Assembly: GCF_006345805.1 (NCBI RefSeq)
Contig: NC_043013.1
Location: 15,810,001 to 15,874,000 of the forward strand
From: Octopus sinensis
Lineage: Eukaryota
Length of the DNA stretch: 64,000 bases
Direction of reading: 5' to 3'
Below are positions 37,740 to 51,239 of this stretch, in pieces. Positions within the stretch are counted from its first letter, which is position 1. Every line of letters begins with the position of its first letter. Under the pieces are notes generated by a model that saw only the letters and a list, made by a program, of their open reading frames with translations, was not told the DNA's origin and ran no database searches. The position numbers and the translations under genes were made by a program.

Positions 37740-38279
37740 CAGGCTTCCATACAGTTTCTATACAAATTCACTTCCAAAAGCATTGGTCAGCTCAGGGCTG
37801 TAGAAAAGACACTTGCCCAAGATTCCACACAGTGGAACTGAACCTAAAACCATGCAGTTGCAATATAACCTTCTTAACCGCATAGCCATACCTGCACCTA
37901 TAAAACATGTATTTTTAATAGCAAATACAGGCATGGCTGTATGGTGAGAAGTTTGCTTCCCAACCACATGGAACCTGGTTCAGTTCCACTGGGTGGCACC
38001 TTGGGCAACTATAGCCTCGAGCCAACTAAACCTTTGTGAGTGGATTTGGTAGATGGAAATATCTGTGTATGTGTGTTTGTGTTTGTCTCCCATCACTATT
38101 TGATAACTGGTGTTGTTTTGTTTACATCCCTGTAACTTAGCGGTTCAACATAACAGACCAATACAATAAGTACCAGGCTGTAAAAATAATAAATACTGAG
38201 GTGAATTCGTTCAACTGAAATCCTTCATGGCAGTGCTGTAGCATGGCCCCAGTTCAATGACAGAAACAAGTAAAAGAAG
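37740..38279. mobile_element. Two SINE family A copies head-to-head
   Basis: Minus copy 37740-37896 and plus copy 37927-38279. Confidence 0.75.
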
Positions 38280-38984
38280 TTAATACATGCAAAAACAGTT
38301 TTAAGAAAAGAAAAATACAAGATAAATACAAATAATAGTATTCTGGAAATTGATGGGATGGTCATGTGCGGAATACTTCAGTTTGATCAGAGTTGACATG
38401 GTCTAGGACAAAACAACTCCTCCAAGCCAACAAACGACGCCTCTATGTTGGTGTTCAGCTAGCTGGAAACAGCAGCTAAATCTCTACTTTCAATCACACT
38501 GGTGAGGTTGACTTCTTTTTTATAACTTGACCTGCAAGAAATAGCAACCAAATCTCCAAACTGATTTACTGCCTTATGCATCTTTTATCTTTTCTTTAAC
38601 TTATTTCAGTCATTGTATCGCAGCCATGCTGGAGCACCATCTTGAAAGGTTTTGCTGGCTAAATTGACTCCAGTACATATTTTTTTAAAGCCTAGTACTT
38701 ATTCTATGGTTTCTTTTTGCCAAACTGCTAAGTTACAGAACCATAATAAACCAACACTGGTTTATAAAGCAAGGAAGGGGGGACAAACACACACACACAT
38801 TCACTGGGTTTCTTTATTTTCTGTCAACCAAATACATTCACAATGTTTTGGTCAGTTTGGGCCTTTAGCTTCTGCTATAGCCCCAAACTATATTGTGTTT
38901 GGGGCTATAGCTCCAAACACAATGTGTATCATTCGAGTGCATAGCAAATGCCGTTGTTATGTCAATGACACCTGTGCTGGTGGC

Positions 38985-39163
38985 ACATAAAAAGCACCCA
39001 CTGCACTCTTGGAGTGGTTGGTGTAAGGAAGGGCATCCAGCTGTAGAAACCAGACCAAACCAGATTGGAACCTAGTGTAGCTCACCAGTTTTCAGTCAAA
39101 CCATCCAATCCATGCCAGAATGGAAAGCAGACATCAAATGATGATGATGATGATGATGATGAT
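38985..39163 (+). mobile_element. RTE LINE 3'-end fragment with (GAT)n tail
   Basis: aaaagcacccactgcactcttggagtggttgg..gaagggcatccagctgtagaaa..(gat)n. Confidence 0.8.
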
Positions 39164-39467
39164 AAGTATCACACTAGATAAAGAAAGTGAAATAAGAGAA
39201 CTAGACTAAACCCAAACATACAGATACTTAAGAATCAATTAAGGAGATAATAAGGAAGAGACAATATAGAACAAGTAAGGTTGGGACTTTAAACAGAGTT
39301 CAATGTGAAAAATAATAAAATAGGTATTGATACTCTAGCTGCCTCGGTCATAAACTACACTTAGAATATTCTTAATTGGACACTAAATGAACTAATCAAA
39401 CTAGACAGGAAAACAAGAAAAATAATGATGTTATATGTGTGGCTGTGTAATAAGAAGTTTGTTATAT

Positions 39468-40225
39468 GGATGGCTGTGTGGTAAGAAGCTTGCTTCCCAA
39501 CCACATGGTTCCGGGTTCAGTCCCACTGTGTGGTACCTTGGGCAAGTGTCTTCTACTACAGCTTTGGACTGAACAAAGCCTTGTGAGTGGATTTGGTAGA
39601 CAGAAACTTAAAGAAGCCTGTTGTATATATGTGTGTGTGTGTGTATATATCATCATCGTTTAGCGTCCGCTTTCCATGCTAGCATGGGTTGGACGGTTCA
39701 ACTGGGGTCTGGGAAGCCAGAAGGCTGCACAGGCCCAGTCTGATCTGGCAATGTTTCTATGGCTGGATGCCCTTCCTAACGCCAACCATTCCTTGAGTGT
39801 AGTGGGTGCTTTTTACATGCCACCGGCACAGGTGCCAGACGAGGCTAGCAAACGGCCACGAATTGGATGGTGCTTTTTACGCGTCACCGGCACGGAGGCC
39901 AGGCGACGCTCGCAACGGCCACAATCGGATGGTTCTCTTATGTGCCACCGGCACTGGTATCACAGTTACAATTTCCATTGATGTTGATCGATTTTGATTT
40001 TGATTTTGATTTTCACTTGCCTCAACAGATGAATATGCTTGTGTATCTGTGTTTCCCCGCCTCATGGCTTGACAACCGATATTGGTGTGTTTACATCTTG
40101 GTTCGGCAAAAGAGACCGATAGAATAAGTACTAGGCTTACAAAGAATAAGTCCTGGGGTTGATTTGTTTGACTAAAAGTGGTGCTGAAGCATGGCCACAG
40201 TCAAATGACTGAAATGATAAAAAAA
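39468..40225 (+). mobile_element. SINE family A interrupted at its internal microsatellite by an antisense RTE 3' fragment (~39651-40030)
   Basis: SINE head 39468-39650, catcatcgtttagcgtccgctttccatgc.. insert, SINE tail resumes at ~40040. Confidence 0.8.
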
Positions 40226-40239
40226 TGAAAGAAAAGAAC

Positions 40240-40925
40240 AAAATTGAAGTTGGCAGAGGCCTTATACAATTAAAAGGACTACAGAAATATCTAACTCAGA
40301 ACAAAGGAAAACTGGTACAAACAGCCACAAAGCATGAGCAAAACCAAAAAAATAAATTGTTTTCAGTCTTCAAGGAAGTTGAAAAATACAAAAAGAGGTC
40401 AAAATACCTGACGATTATGAGGAAAAAGAAGAAACAACAAAAGCTGCAAAACAACTGAAATCTAAACTAAAATTGGAACAACAAAATATCTTGATAAAAC
40501 AGGGGCAAGAAAAGTTGTTTGACCTTAACCAGTTGAGCATGTCTCTTAGTGGCTGACGGTATGTTCATCTCTGACCACAAGCAGAAGTAGTGGGGGAGCA
40601 TCATAGCCGTGTGTTGAGAGGGATTCTTTGGGGTTTGAATAATTCACCTCTGGAGACATGAGTGTTTCGTTCAACATCCTTAAACAACCCTCATTCAGGG
40701 ACCTTTTGAGCAGGATGGGTTACTCAACCAGAAGAAAATTCTAACTGGGCCCCATATGCAAGGCCGTGCGCTGTTTATCTCGATATGAGATCACCATTTC
40801 GCACACATATGGTTGTGATGCATGTCGTTGTGTACCCTTATCAGATGGGCAGTCATGATGAGTATACTGGGCTTCGTATATTTTACCCCAGTGTCACTTT
40901 GATGGCATGCACTGCTCTCTCACTC

Positions 40926-40960
<35 letters not shown>
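40240..40960 (+). mobile_element. 3' remnant of another non-LTR retrotransposon with (AAT)n tail
   Basis: GRGLIQL..KYL motif in ORF 40225-40458 resembles post-RT regions of non-LTR elements; unique 3' UTR ends in an (aat)n run. Confidence 0.45.
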
Positions 40961-40961
<1 letters not shown>

Positions 40962-41630
40962 CCATTCTATAATAGGCACAAGGCCTGAAATTTTGGGAGA
41001 TAGATGATTACATTGACATCAGTGCTTGACTAGTACTTATTTCATCAACCCTGAAAGGATGAAATGCAAAGTCGATCTCAGTGGAATTTGAGCTCAGAAC
41101 ACAGAAACTGACAAAATGCCAGCAAGCATTCTACCTGGTGTGCTAACGATTCTACCAGCTTGCCACCTTAGTAATAATAATAACAATCCATTCTACTGTA
41201 GACACAATGCCTAAAATTTTAGGGGAAGTGGTTTAGTCGATCACATCGACCCCAGTACTTAACTGGTACTTAATTTATCGATCCCGAAAGGATGATAGGC
41301 AAAGTCAACCTCAGCAGAATTTGAACTTGGAATGCCACTAAGCATTTTGCCCAGTATGCCAATGATTGGGCCAGCTTGCCACCATCACTAATGATAATAA
41401 TAATAATAATAATCCTTTCTACTATAGGCAAAAGGCCTGAAATTTGGGAGAAGGGAATAGTCGATTACATTGATCCCAGCACTCAACTAGTACTTGATTT
41501 ATTGACCCCAAAAGGATGAAAAACAAAGTCGACCTCAGTGGAATTTGAACTCAGAATGCAGTGACAGGCGAAATACCACTAAGCTTTTTGTCCAGTGTGC
41601 TAACAATTCTGCCAGCTCACTGCCTTAATA
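40960..41630 (-). repeat. Three head-to-tail SINE family B variants with a (TTA)n tail
   Basis: Each unit ends (minus) in ..tttcaggccttgtgcctat..gg(att)n; units at about 40963, 41188 and 41410. Confidence 0.8.
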
Positions 41631-41871
41631 ATAATAGTAATACTGATGATAATAAAGATGACGATGTCAATACTGATTGCTTACAATAATTCAGTAATTT
41701 ACCACAGTAAATGTGTCATCATAAACATGAGTGTCTGTATATATATATGTATGAGAGTATCTATCTATCTATCTGTCTTCTATCTGTCTGTCTGTCTATC
41801 TATCTATATATCTATCTATCTACCTATATATGTATGTGAGTATAGATATATATATATTTTTAATATATAAG

Positions 41872-42087
41872 CATGGCTGTGTGGTAAGAAGCTTGCTTCC
41901 CAAACACATGATTTCAGGTTCAGTCACATTGCATGGCACCTTTGGCAAGAGTCTTCTACTATAGCCTTTGGCTGACCAAAGCCTTGCGAGTGAATTTGGT
42001 AGACAGAAACTAAAAGAAGGCCAACGTATATATATATATATATATATACATATATGTATACATACACATATGTATACATATATATAC

Positions 42088-42156
<69 letters not shown>

Positions 42157-42228
42157 TTACATATATATATATGTATACATATATATAAGTATACATCATC
42201 ATCATCATCATCATTGTTTAGCGTCCGT

Positions 42229-42271
<43 letters not shown>

Positions 42272-42482
42272 CTGTGTGTGTGTGTGTCTTCGTGTTTGTC
42301 CCCAATCACCAAATGACAACTGATGTTGGTATGTTTAGCAGTTCAGCAAGAAAAAACAAAAACCGATAGCATAAGTACTAAGCTTTAAAAAAAAAAAGTC
42401 CTGGTGGCAATTTGTTTGACTAAAACCTTTCAAGACAGTGCTCCAGCATGGCCACAGTCAAATGACTGAAATAAGTAAAAGA
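41872..42482 (+). mobile_element. SINE family A with expanded (TA)n and a ~34-bp antisense RTE tail insert
   Basis: Head gcatggctgtgtggtaagaagc; insert catcatcatcat..tgtttagcgtccgt at 42195-42228; tail ..aaatgactgaaataagtaaaag. Confidence 0.8.
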
Positions 42483-42658
42483 ACATATATATTTTCTCTG
42501 ATTCTTTCTGTGTTCCTTTGTGTGGAAGAGCATAGGCTCGAAACGTTAAAGACTTTTGCACTTCCCGAGCATTATACTAATACATCTGTTTGTTGTCTAC
42601 ACCACCTGTCTTCGTCCTTTGTTTTTTTTTGTGAATTCTCCCTATATATATATATATA

Positions 42659-42717
<59 letters not shown>

Positions 42718-44010
42718 TAGGCTGCAATGGGTAAACTGTCTCCATTTTATACTTTTAATTTCATGCATTTGCACTGTTTGTTTTTGATTTTGTTGACTAC
42801 ACAGTACAGTAGGATCAGTTGGGCATCATCTGTGAGAAAAAAAAGCACCATAATGCAATTTACTCTGCCAGAAACTTGGAAACGGCATGCTGTACTTCTT
42901 AGCATTCACACTGGAAGCTCCAATACAAATATTTCAGAATGTTTGGGTGTCAATCTAAAGACAGTGCAGAGGATTCAGAAAGAGTTGAATGAGTCTAATG
43001 GTGATTACGAAGGTACGGCAGCTCAGAAAACTCACTCTGATAAGAAAAGAACTCTTGAATTTGTTGGTGAGATCCAGGCCATGATTGATAATGATCCTTC
43101 TAAGTCAATCAGATCCATTGCCAGAGACATGGGAGTGTCTGGGTTTCTTATCAGGCAAGTAGTGCATGAAGACAATCAGTATTCCTCATACAAGATGAGA
43201 AAGGGACAATTTTTATCCCAAGCTATCAAGGAAAGTGGAAAGACCATGCTAAAAAGTTTTTTAACAAACTGAAGCATCCCCTCCAACTGAACATGCTTTG
43301 GTTTTTCTCAGAGAAGAAAAAATTTCTGCCAGAATCAGATGGTAAACACAGAACAACTGTTGGCATGCTATGTCCCCAAAGCATGTACCGAGAGTGATAA
43401 AAATCAAACATCCAGTCAACATCATGGTGTTTGGAGGGATCACTAGTGATGGCAATGTTATGCCTCCACTCATTTTCCCACACGGCCTCAGACTCAACAC
43501 AGAGACTTACATCAAGTGCCTGGAAGAGGTAGTGCTGCCCTGGGTCAAGAGGGTGGCTGCTGGAAGACCCTATGGCTGGCAACAGAACTCTGCACCATGC
43601 CACACAAGCGGGAGAACCCAGTCATGGCCGTCAGACAATTTCTGAAACCGCATCATTCCTAACATCTGGTCACCTAACTCCCCAGACTGCAACTCAATTA
43701 TTATGTATGGAGTACCGGTGAGTAAAAGACCAACAAAACTCCTTGTCACACCAAAGATGAACTGAAGGCAAGGATTATGGTGGCATTCACCAACTTAAAC
43801 AGGGAGACCATTCAGAAGAGTTGCAGGAGATTCCAAAATTGTCTGGAGACCTTGGTTGAAGCCAATGGTGATTTTATTGAATAAATTTACTCTTTAGTAT
43901 TTCAAGATATTTTTATGTAATCTTGGTAAATATATCTGTTAAAATGAGATGTCAGTGTCATTTCCATTTTTGCATAATTTAGATGACAGTTTATTTATTG
44001 CCCCAACCTT
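42718..44010 (+). mobile_element. Decayed maT (DD37D-type) transposon
   Basis: Transposase remnants 42853-43884: KSIRSIARDMGVS, KHPVNIMVFGGITSDG, WQQNSAPCHT..WSPNSPDCN; degenerate TIRs containing aaactgtc / gacagttt. Confidence 0.88.
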
Positions 44011-44134
44011 TCTCCATGTGATTAGCTTGAAAAAATTGTGACAACTCTAGGATAGTTCTCTACTTTTCTTAACATGGGAAATTATATCCAGCAATGTAGA
44101 ATTCAACATTTACGTATATATATATACATATGTA

Positions 44135-44352
44135 AGGTGGCGAGCTGGTAGAATCGTTAGCACGCCGGGCGAAATGCTTAGCAGTATTTCGACTGCGGTT
44201 ACGTTCTGAGTTCAAATTCCGCCGAGGTTGACTTTGCCTTTCATCCTTTTGGGGTCGATTAAATAAGTACCAGTTACGCACTGGGGTCGATATAATCGAC
44301 TTAATCCGTTTGTTCCCTCTATGTTTAGCCCCTTGTGGGTAGTAAAGAAATA
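44135..44352 (+). mobile_element. SINE family B, complete copy
   Basis: aaggtggcgagctggtagaatcgttagc..gagttcaaattcc..ccccttgtgggtagtaaagaaatag. Confidence 0.85.
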
Positions 44353-44353
44353 G

Positions 44354-44606
44354 TATGTATGTATGTATGTATGTATGTATATATGTATACATGTATGTGT
44401 GTGTATGTGTGTAGTACTTACTTGTACACAAATTAGGGATCATATATTTGAAATAATATTGTACTCAGGAAAATATAATTTATATATATTTATGCACACA
44501 CGTATGCATATATGTAAGTATGTTTATGTGTCAGTAAGTGTGTATGTATATTTATATGTGTGTGTGTGTTTGTATACAAGCATATATATATATGTGTGTG
44601 TATGTA

Positions 44607-44643
<37 letters not shown>

Positions 44644-44919
44644 GTATGTATGTATGTATGAATGTATGTATGTATGTATGTATGTATATATGTATACATG
44701 TATGTGTGTGTATGTGTGTAGTACTTACTTGTACACAAATTAGGGATCATATATTTGAAATAATATTGTACTCAGGAAAATATAATTTATATATATTTAT
44801 GCACACACGTATGCATATATGTAAGTATGTTTATGTGTCAGTAAGTGTGTATGTATATTTATATGTGTGTGTGTGTTTGTATACAAGCATATATATATAT
44901 GTGTGTGTATGTATGTGTA

Positions 44920-44952
<33 letters not shown>

Positions 44953-45007
44953 GTATGTATGTATGTATGAATGTATGTATGTATGTATGTATGTATGTAT
45001 GTATGTA
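44354..45007. repeat. Near-perfect tandem duplication, period 307 bp, bounded by (TATG)n
   Basis: gtagtacttacttgtacac at 44411 and 44718 with identical intervening sequence. Confidence 0.9.
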
Positions 45008-45123
45008 TAAATATATATATGTATTGTACAGTTATTGAATTTATTGAATGTATATGTATATGTATGTGTGTGTCTGTGTCTCTGTGACACTCACATGTGC
45101 ACTGATACAAATGCACACATATG

Positions 45124-45157
<34 letters not shown>

Positions 45158-45394
45158 ACACATACATATCACACACACTCACAGTAGGTGCCACTTATTT
45201 TCTCTGTGCAGTCGGTTAAGTGTAATACCAATTGAGCTAGTTGTGAAACTAAAATTGATTGCATAATTGTCAGATTAAGGCAGTGAATTGGCAGATTGAG
45301 GGACTGAATTGGCAGTTTAAGGTTGTGAATTAACAGATTAAGGTGGGGAATTGGAAGATTAATATAGTAAATTGGTAGATTAAGATGGTGAATT

Positions 45395-46353
45395 AGCTCT
45401 CTATCTCTTTCTTTTGCTCTCTCACTCTGTCTATCTCTTTCTCTTTCTCTCTCACTCTGTGTGTATGTCTCTCTCTCTCTCACTCTCCCTTGCTGTTTCT
45501 CTCTATCCATCTCTCCCTCTCTCTCTCCTCCTTTTACTCATTCTCTCTCCCTCACTCTCTCTCCTTTCTTTTTTCACTCTCTCTCTCCTCCTTCTTCTTA
45601 TTCTCCCTCCTTCACTCTCTCCTTTCTTTTTCTCTCTCTCTCCTTTCTTTTCTCTCCCGCTCCTTTCTTTTCTCTCTCTTTCTCTCTCTCTCCCTCCCTC
45701 TCTCTCTCCTTTCCTTTCTCTCTCTCCCCTTTCTTTTCTCTCTCTTTCCTTTCTTTTCTCTCTTTCTCTCTCTCTCCTTTCTTCTCTCTCTCTCCCCTTT
45801 CTTTTCTCTCTTTCTCTCTCCCCTTTCTTTTCTCTCTCTCTCTCCTTTCTTTTCTCTCTTTCTCCCCTTTCTTTTCTCTCTTTCTCTCTCTCTCCTTTCT
45901 TTTCTCTCTCTCCTTTCTTTTCTCTCTCTCCTTTCTTTTCTCTCTTTCTCCCCTTTCTTTTCTCTCTTCTCTTTCTCTCTTTCTTTTTCTCTCTCTCTCT
46001 CCCCTTTCTTTTCTCTCTTTCCCTCTCTCTCCTTTCTTTTCTCTTTCTCTCTCTCTCTCTCCCTTTCTTTTCTCTCTTTCTCTCTCCCCTTTTTTTCTCT
46101 CTCTCTCTCCTCCTTTCTTTTCTCTCTTTCTCCCTTCTTTTCTCTCTTTCTCTCTCTCTCCTTTCTTTTCTCTCTCTCCTTTCTTTTCTCTCTCTCCTTT
46201 CTTTTCTCTCTTTCTCCCCTTTCTTTTCTCTCTTTCTCTTTCTCTCCTTTCTTTTCTCTCTCTCTCTCCCCTTTCTTTTCTCTCTTTCCCTCTCTCTCCT
46301 TTCTTTTCTCTCTTTCTCTCTCTCTCTCTCCCCTTTCTTCTCTCTCTCTCTCT
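45395..46353. repeat. ~950-bp polypyrimidine (CT/CTTT) tract
   Basis: Almost exclusively C and T from ~45560 to 46353. Confidence 0.97.
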
Positions 46354-47379
46354 GTCCATACAAACTATGTTGCAATACTACAAGAGTCTCGGGAACTGCC
46401 ATTCACAGCAAACCTGCACTCTCACAAAACGGGAAAGTGCTGAATGAGAGGCCAGCATCTTATTCCAAGAGAAGACAAAAAATACCGACATGTTCGATGG
46501 AAGTGTCCAAGGCCAGACCACTGTGCAGCTGAACGCAGAACAGAAACGAAGAAGAAGGAGAGGAAAAGAAGAGCAGGGGCTGTAACTTATTGATTTACTC
46601 AACTACACCATTTGACTGAAGGCTTCTTCTGTTAGTCGTATTGATCACTCTCTCTTTAGTCATCATCGTTATCATCGGTTTTTAAAGTACACTTTTTCCT
46701 TTACCTTCTTTTCTTTTCTTTTCTTTCTATGCCAGTATAGATCTGCTACTCCAACGGCTGCTGCTGCTGCTACTGCAGTGCAGTATGTATACATAGACAT
46801 ACATACCATACATACATACATACACACACACACACATATATATATATATGAATACAAATACAAATATGAATGTGTGTGTGTGTATGTATATATATATATG
46901 TATGTATGTATATCTATAAATACACATATGTATGCAAGTGTGTGTGTGCACACGTGTGCATTTGTGTGTGTGTGTGTGTGTGTGTACATATATATATATA
47001 TATATAGTAGACAGGCAATACACACACACACACACACACATACACACACACACACATATCTATATGTTGGCTGTCTATAATTTCATCTTCCGATATCATC
47101 TCATTTCTCTCTGAGCAAACTTAATATTTTCAGATCAGGTTTCCTAACCGCTTTTTCCAAATCAATCTTCAGCTTGTTTCTACCACAAACAACCACTTTA
47201 GATACTCACCTCTGCGAACCAAGGAAGCCTCTACATGGTCGATTAGTCTGCTAGAAATAACAGTCACATGTCCCTCACCCAACACCCTACATTTTTTTTA
47301 ATAAAAAAAATGGTGGGTAGGAAATCATATCAGTTTATACAGCAGCCATAGATAACCTCAACTAATAATGATTTCGAAT

Positions 47380-49685
47380 TTTGGCAATTTCAGGTTAAGA
47401 CAATTACTTCAACCCCAGTGCATAACTGGTACTTAATTTATCAACCCAGAAAGGATGAAAGGCAAAGTTGACCCCAGTGACATTTGAACTCAGAACATAA
47501 GATTGGAAGAAATGCCATTAAGCATTTTTTCCTGTGCAGTAACAATTCTACTAGCTTGCTACCTTCAACCGCAGCTAATAACCCTTTCTACTGAAGGCAC
47601 AAGGCCTTGAAATTATATGAGAGGAGACTAGTTGATTATATCGATCCCAGTGTTTCACTGGGACTTAATCTATTGACCTCCGAAAGGATAAAAAGCAAAG
47701 TTGACCTTGGTGAAATTGAAGTTGAAATACCAGCAGCAGGCGAAATATCACTAAGATTTTTGCCTGACATGCTAACAATTCTGCCAGCTCGCTGCCTTCA
47801 CAAATAATAATTTTGACCCTATGGTTTCCATGCCTTTGATCTTGGCAGTTATTCAACCAGGGCTCACTTATAACTAAAGAAACACAACAACAACAAAAAC
47901 AGTCGCAGTGTAGTTTTTAGCTATATTTTTTTAAGGGAGATTTGGCTGCTATTTCTTGCATGTCAGCTGCATGCCAGTCAACTGCATACCATATGTTAAG
48001 TCATAGTTGACTATACATCAGATAGGATTCTGGCATTGCTGAGTAGTTAAGAAGTCTGTCTGAAACTCTGTAGCTTTGGGTTCAATCCTGTTGCATGACA
48101 CCTTGGTTTCTAGTCAGTCAAAGCCATCTGAGTGAAATTTACTAGATGGAAACGGTAAAGAAGCTGACCAAAAGGACTGTCATAATTCTTGAGTAGTAGA
48201 CAAAATCCTTTTGATACCAATCTGTTTCAGACCACCCTTGGTTTTATGCTATAAACTTTTCATTTCAAAGTCATCTTCTTTAAAATGTTTCCATCAAAAT
48301 TTCATGTTGGTTTATGTCCAAACACCAACTTAATAATGATTTCAAATTTTGGCACAAAGCCAGCATTTTTGGGAGCGGGTTTAAATCAATTATATCGACC
48401 CCAGTGTTGAATACGTAATTATTCTATTGACCTCAAAAGGTCAAAAAGCAAAGTTTGCCCCAGCAACATGTGAACTCAGAATGTGAAGATGGACTAAATG
48501 CTGCTAAGCATTTTGCCTGGTGTGCTAACTATTCTGCCAGCTCACTGGCTTTAAGCACCAACGGATGAAATACCACCAAGCATTTTATCTGGAACAATTC
48601 TGCCAGCATGCTGCCTTGATATATATATATATATATATGTATCATTACCATTTTACATCTGCTTTTCATACTGGCATGGTTGCACACATACACACACACA
48701 CACATACACACACACTCACACTCACACACACACACATACACACACACACTCACACAAAAACTCTCTCATTCTCTCCCTCCCTCTCTCTCTCATATACACA
48801 CACGCACTTAAATTCAACACACATCTACACACACATATACACACGCATACACACACACCCATATATCTATTGTTGTACTATTGCCTCTTTCCACGGTATA
48901 GTCGATTACATCGACCTTAGTATTTATTTCATCAATTAAACATCAGAGAGATGAAAGTGAAAGTAGACCTGGGTGGAATTTAAATCCAGGATATAAATAT
49001 TAATTAATTATTGATGTGCTAAGCAGCATATTTTGCATAAACCAGATATTCAGTGGTTTACACTCACTGGTAAGTAGTGTATGTTCAAACACATTGAACG
49101 AAATATAAGCAAATAACACTTTCTCCATTCCACGCACAGAGAAAGGGTGGGCTAACTGACAGGTCTCAGTCTTGCTATGCACTGTTCTTCAGGGACCATA
49201 TATTCACAGTCATCATCATCATCATCATCATCATTGTCATTGTAGTCGTCATCGTCATCATCATCAACATCATCATCGTCGTCATCGTCATTGTCATTGC
49301 CATCATCATCATCATCATCATTGTTATTATCGTTATCATTATCACCACCACCACCACCGACACCACCTCCACCTATTTCTTTACTACCCACAAGGGGCTA
49401 AACACAGAGAGGACAAACAAGGACAGATAAACGGATTAAGTTGATTATATCGACCCCAGTGTATAATTATATTCTCTACAATAAACAAAAGGCTTGAAAT
49501 TTTGGGGTGGGGCATAGTTGATTGCATCATCCCCAGTGTTCAAATAATACTTATTTTATTGACCCCTGCAAAAGGATGAAAGACAAAGTTAAACTCAGAA
49601 GAATTTGAACTGAGAATATAAAGACTGGCGAAATGCCATGAAGCATTTTCGTCCAGTATGCCAACAATTCTGCCAGCTCACCACC

Positions 49686-49735
<50 letters not shown>

Positions 49736-50146
49736 CTTTTCTACTATAGGCAAAAGCCTAAAATTTTGGAAGATGGGGTAAGTTGACCATATCGACTCTG
49801 GTACTTGACTGGTGCTTAATTTATCAACCCTGACAGGAAGAAAGGCAAACTCAACCTTGGTGGAATTTGAACTCAGAATGTAGTGGTAGATGAAAGACTA
49901 CTAAGCATTTTATCGAGTATGATGATGATTCTGCTAGCTCTCCACTAGCGTAGCCAGAGTCTGTTTGCAACCCCTGGACCCCACAAAAAGACACATGTTG
50001 CCTACAGCAATAGCCTACAACAGGATAAAAAGTGCTGCCCCTTTAAAAGTGCTGCCCAGTACAAACTGCCCCCTACTCTCCCCAGCTACGTTAGTGCAGC
50101 TTACCATCTTAATAATAATAATAATATAATAATAATAATAATAATA

Positions 50147-50199
<53 letters not shown>

Positions 50200-51225
50200 G
50201 ATAATAATAATAATAATCATAATAATAATAATAATAGTCCTTTTTATTGTGGACACAAGGCCTGACACTTTTGAGGGTAGAAGATAGTAATTCCCAGTGC
50301 TCAACTGGTACTTTATTTTATTGATCTCGAAAGCATGAAAAGTGAAGTTGTGCTCAGGGGAATTTGAACTCAGAACACGAAGAAAGACTAAACACCACAC
50401 ATTTTGAGTGAGAGAGCGCAGGAGTGGCTGTGTGGTAAGTAGCTTGCTAACCAACCACATGGTTCCGGGTTCAGTCCCACTGCGTGACATCTTGGGCAAG
50501 TGTCTTCTGCTATAGCCCCGGGCCGACCAATACCTTGTGAGTGGATTTGGTAGACGGAAACTGAAAGAAACCTGTCGTATATATGTATATATATATATAT
50601 AGCCTCGTCTGGCACCTGTGTCGGTGGCACATAAAAAACACCATTTGAGCGTGACCGTTTGCCAGCCTTGTCTGGCACCTGTGTCGGTGGCACATAAAAT
50701 CACCCACTACACTCTCGGAGTGGTTGGCGTTAGGAAGGGCATCCAGCTGTAGAAACACTGCCAGATCTGACTGGCCTGGTGCAGCCTTCGGGCCTGCCAG
50801 ACCCCAGTTGAACCGTCCAACCCATGCTAGCATGGAAAGCGGACGTTAAACGATGATGATGATGATGATGATGAGAGCAGAGTTGTTATTTGACCCTTGG
50901 TTAGCTTTGCTTCAGAAGACCTATGATCAAGAGCAACCAAGCTTTGGCTATCCAGGGTTTATTACTACGTGCAAAGAACCCCATGCCATATTATCCAACA
51001 TCCTTTTTCTAAGGTATTGGTTTCAAATTTTTGCACAGAGCCAGCAATTTTCGGGGTGGGGGTAAGATGATTACACCAAACCCAGCGCTCAAATGGCACT
51101 TATTTTATCCCAAAAGGATGAATGAAAGTAAAGTTAGCTTCAGTGGAATTTGAACATGGAATTTAAAGAAGGATGAAATACCACTTAGCATTTTGTCTTT
51201 CATGCCAATGATTCTGCCAGTACAC
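47380..51225 (-). mobile_element. Cluster of decayed SINE family B copies with trinucleotide microsatellites
   Basis: Recurrent gaccccagtg..gaaaggatgaaaggcaaagt..gaatttgaactcagaa blocks near 47400, 47630, 48390, 48900, 49440, 49780, 50290 and 51070. Confidence 0.75.
50418..50872 (+). mobile_element. SINE family A head followed, at its microsatellite, by an RTE 3' fragment
   Basis: SINE head 50418-50600; RTE 3' UTR ~50601-50872 ending in (gat)n. Confidence 0.8.
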
Positions 51226-51239
51226 CAAAAAAAAAAAAT

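Noticed and set aside
45414-46532. 250-370-aa S/L/F or R/E/K ORFs
   Set aside because: Artefacts of the CT tract, which lacks stop codons
47205-47260. Minus-strand exon-like segment with AG/GT ends
   Set aside because: Overlaps a dispersed repeat (gctagaaatagcagccaa family) seen many times in the window
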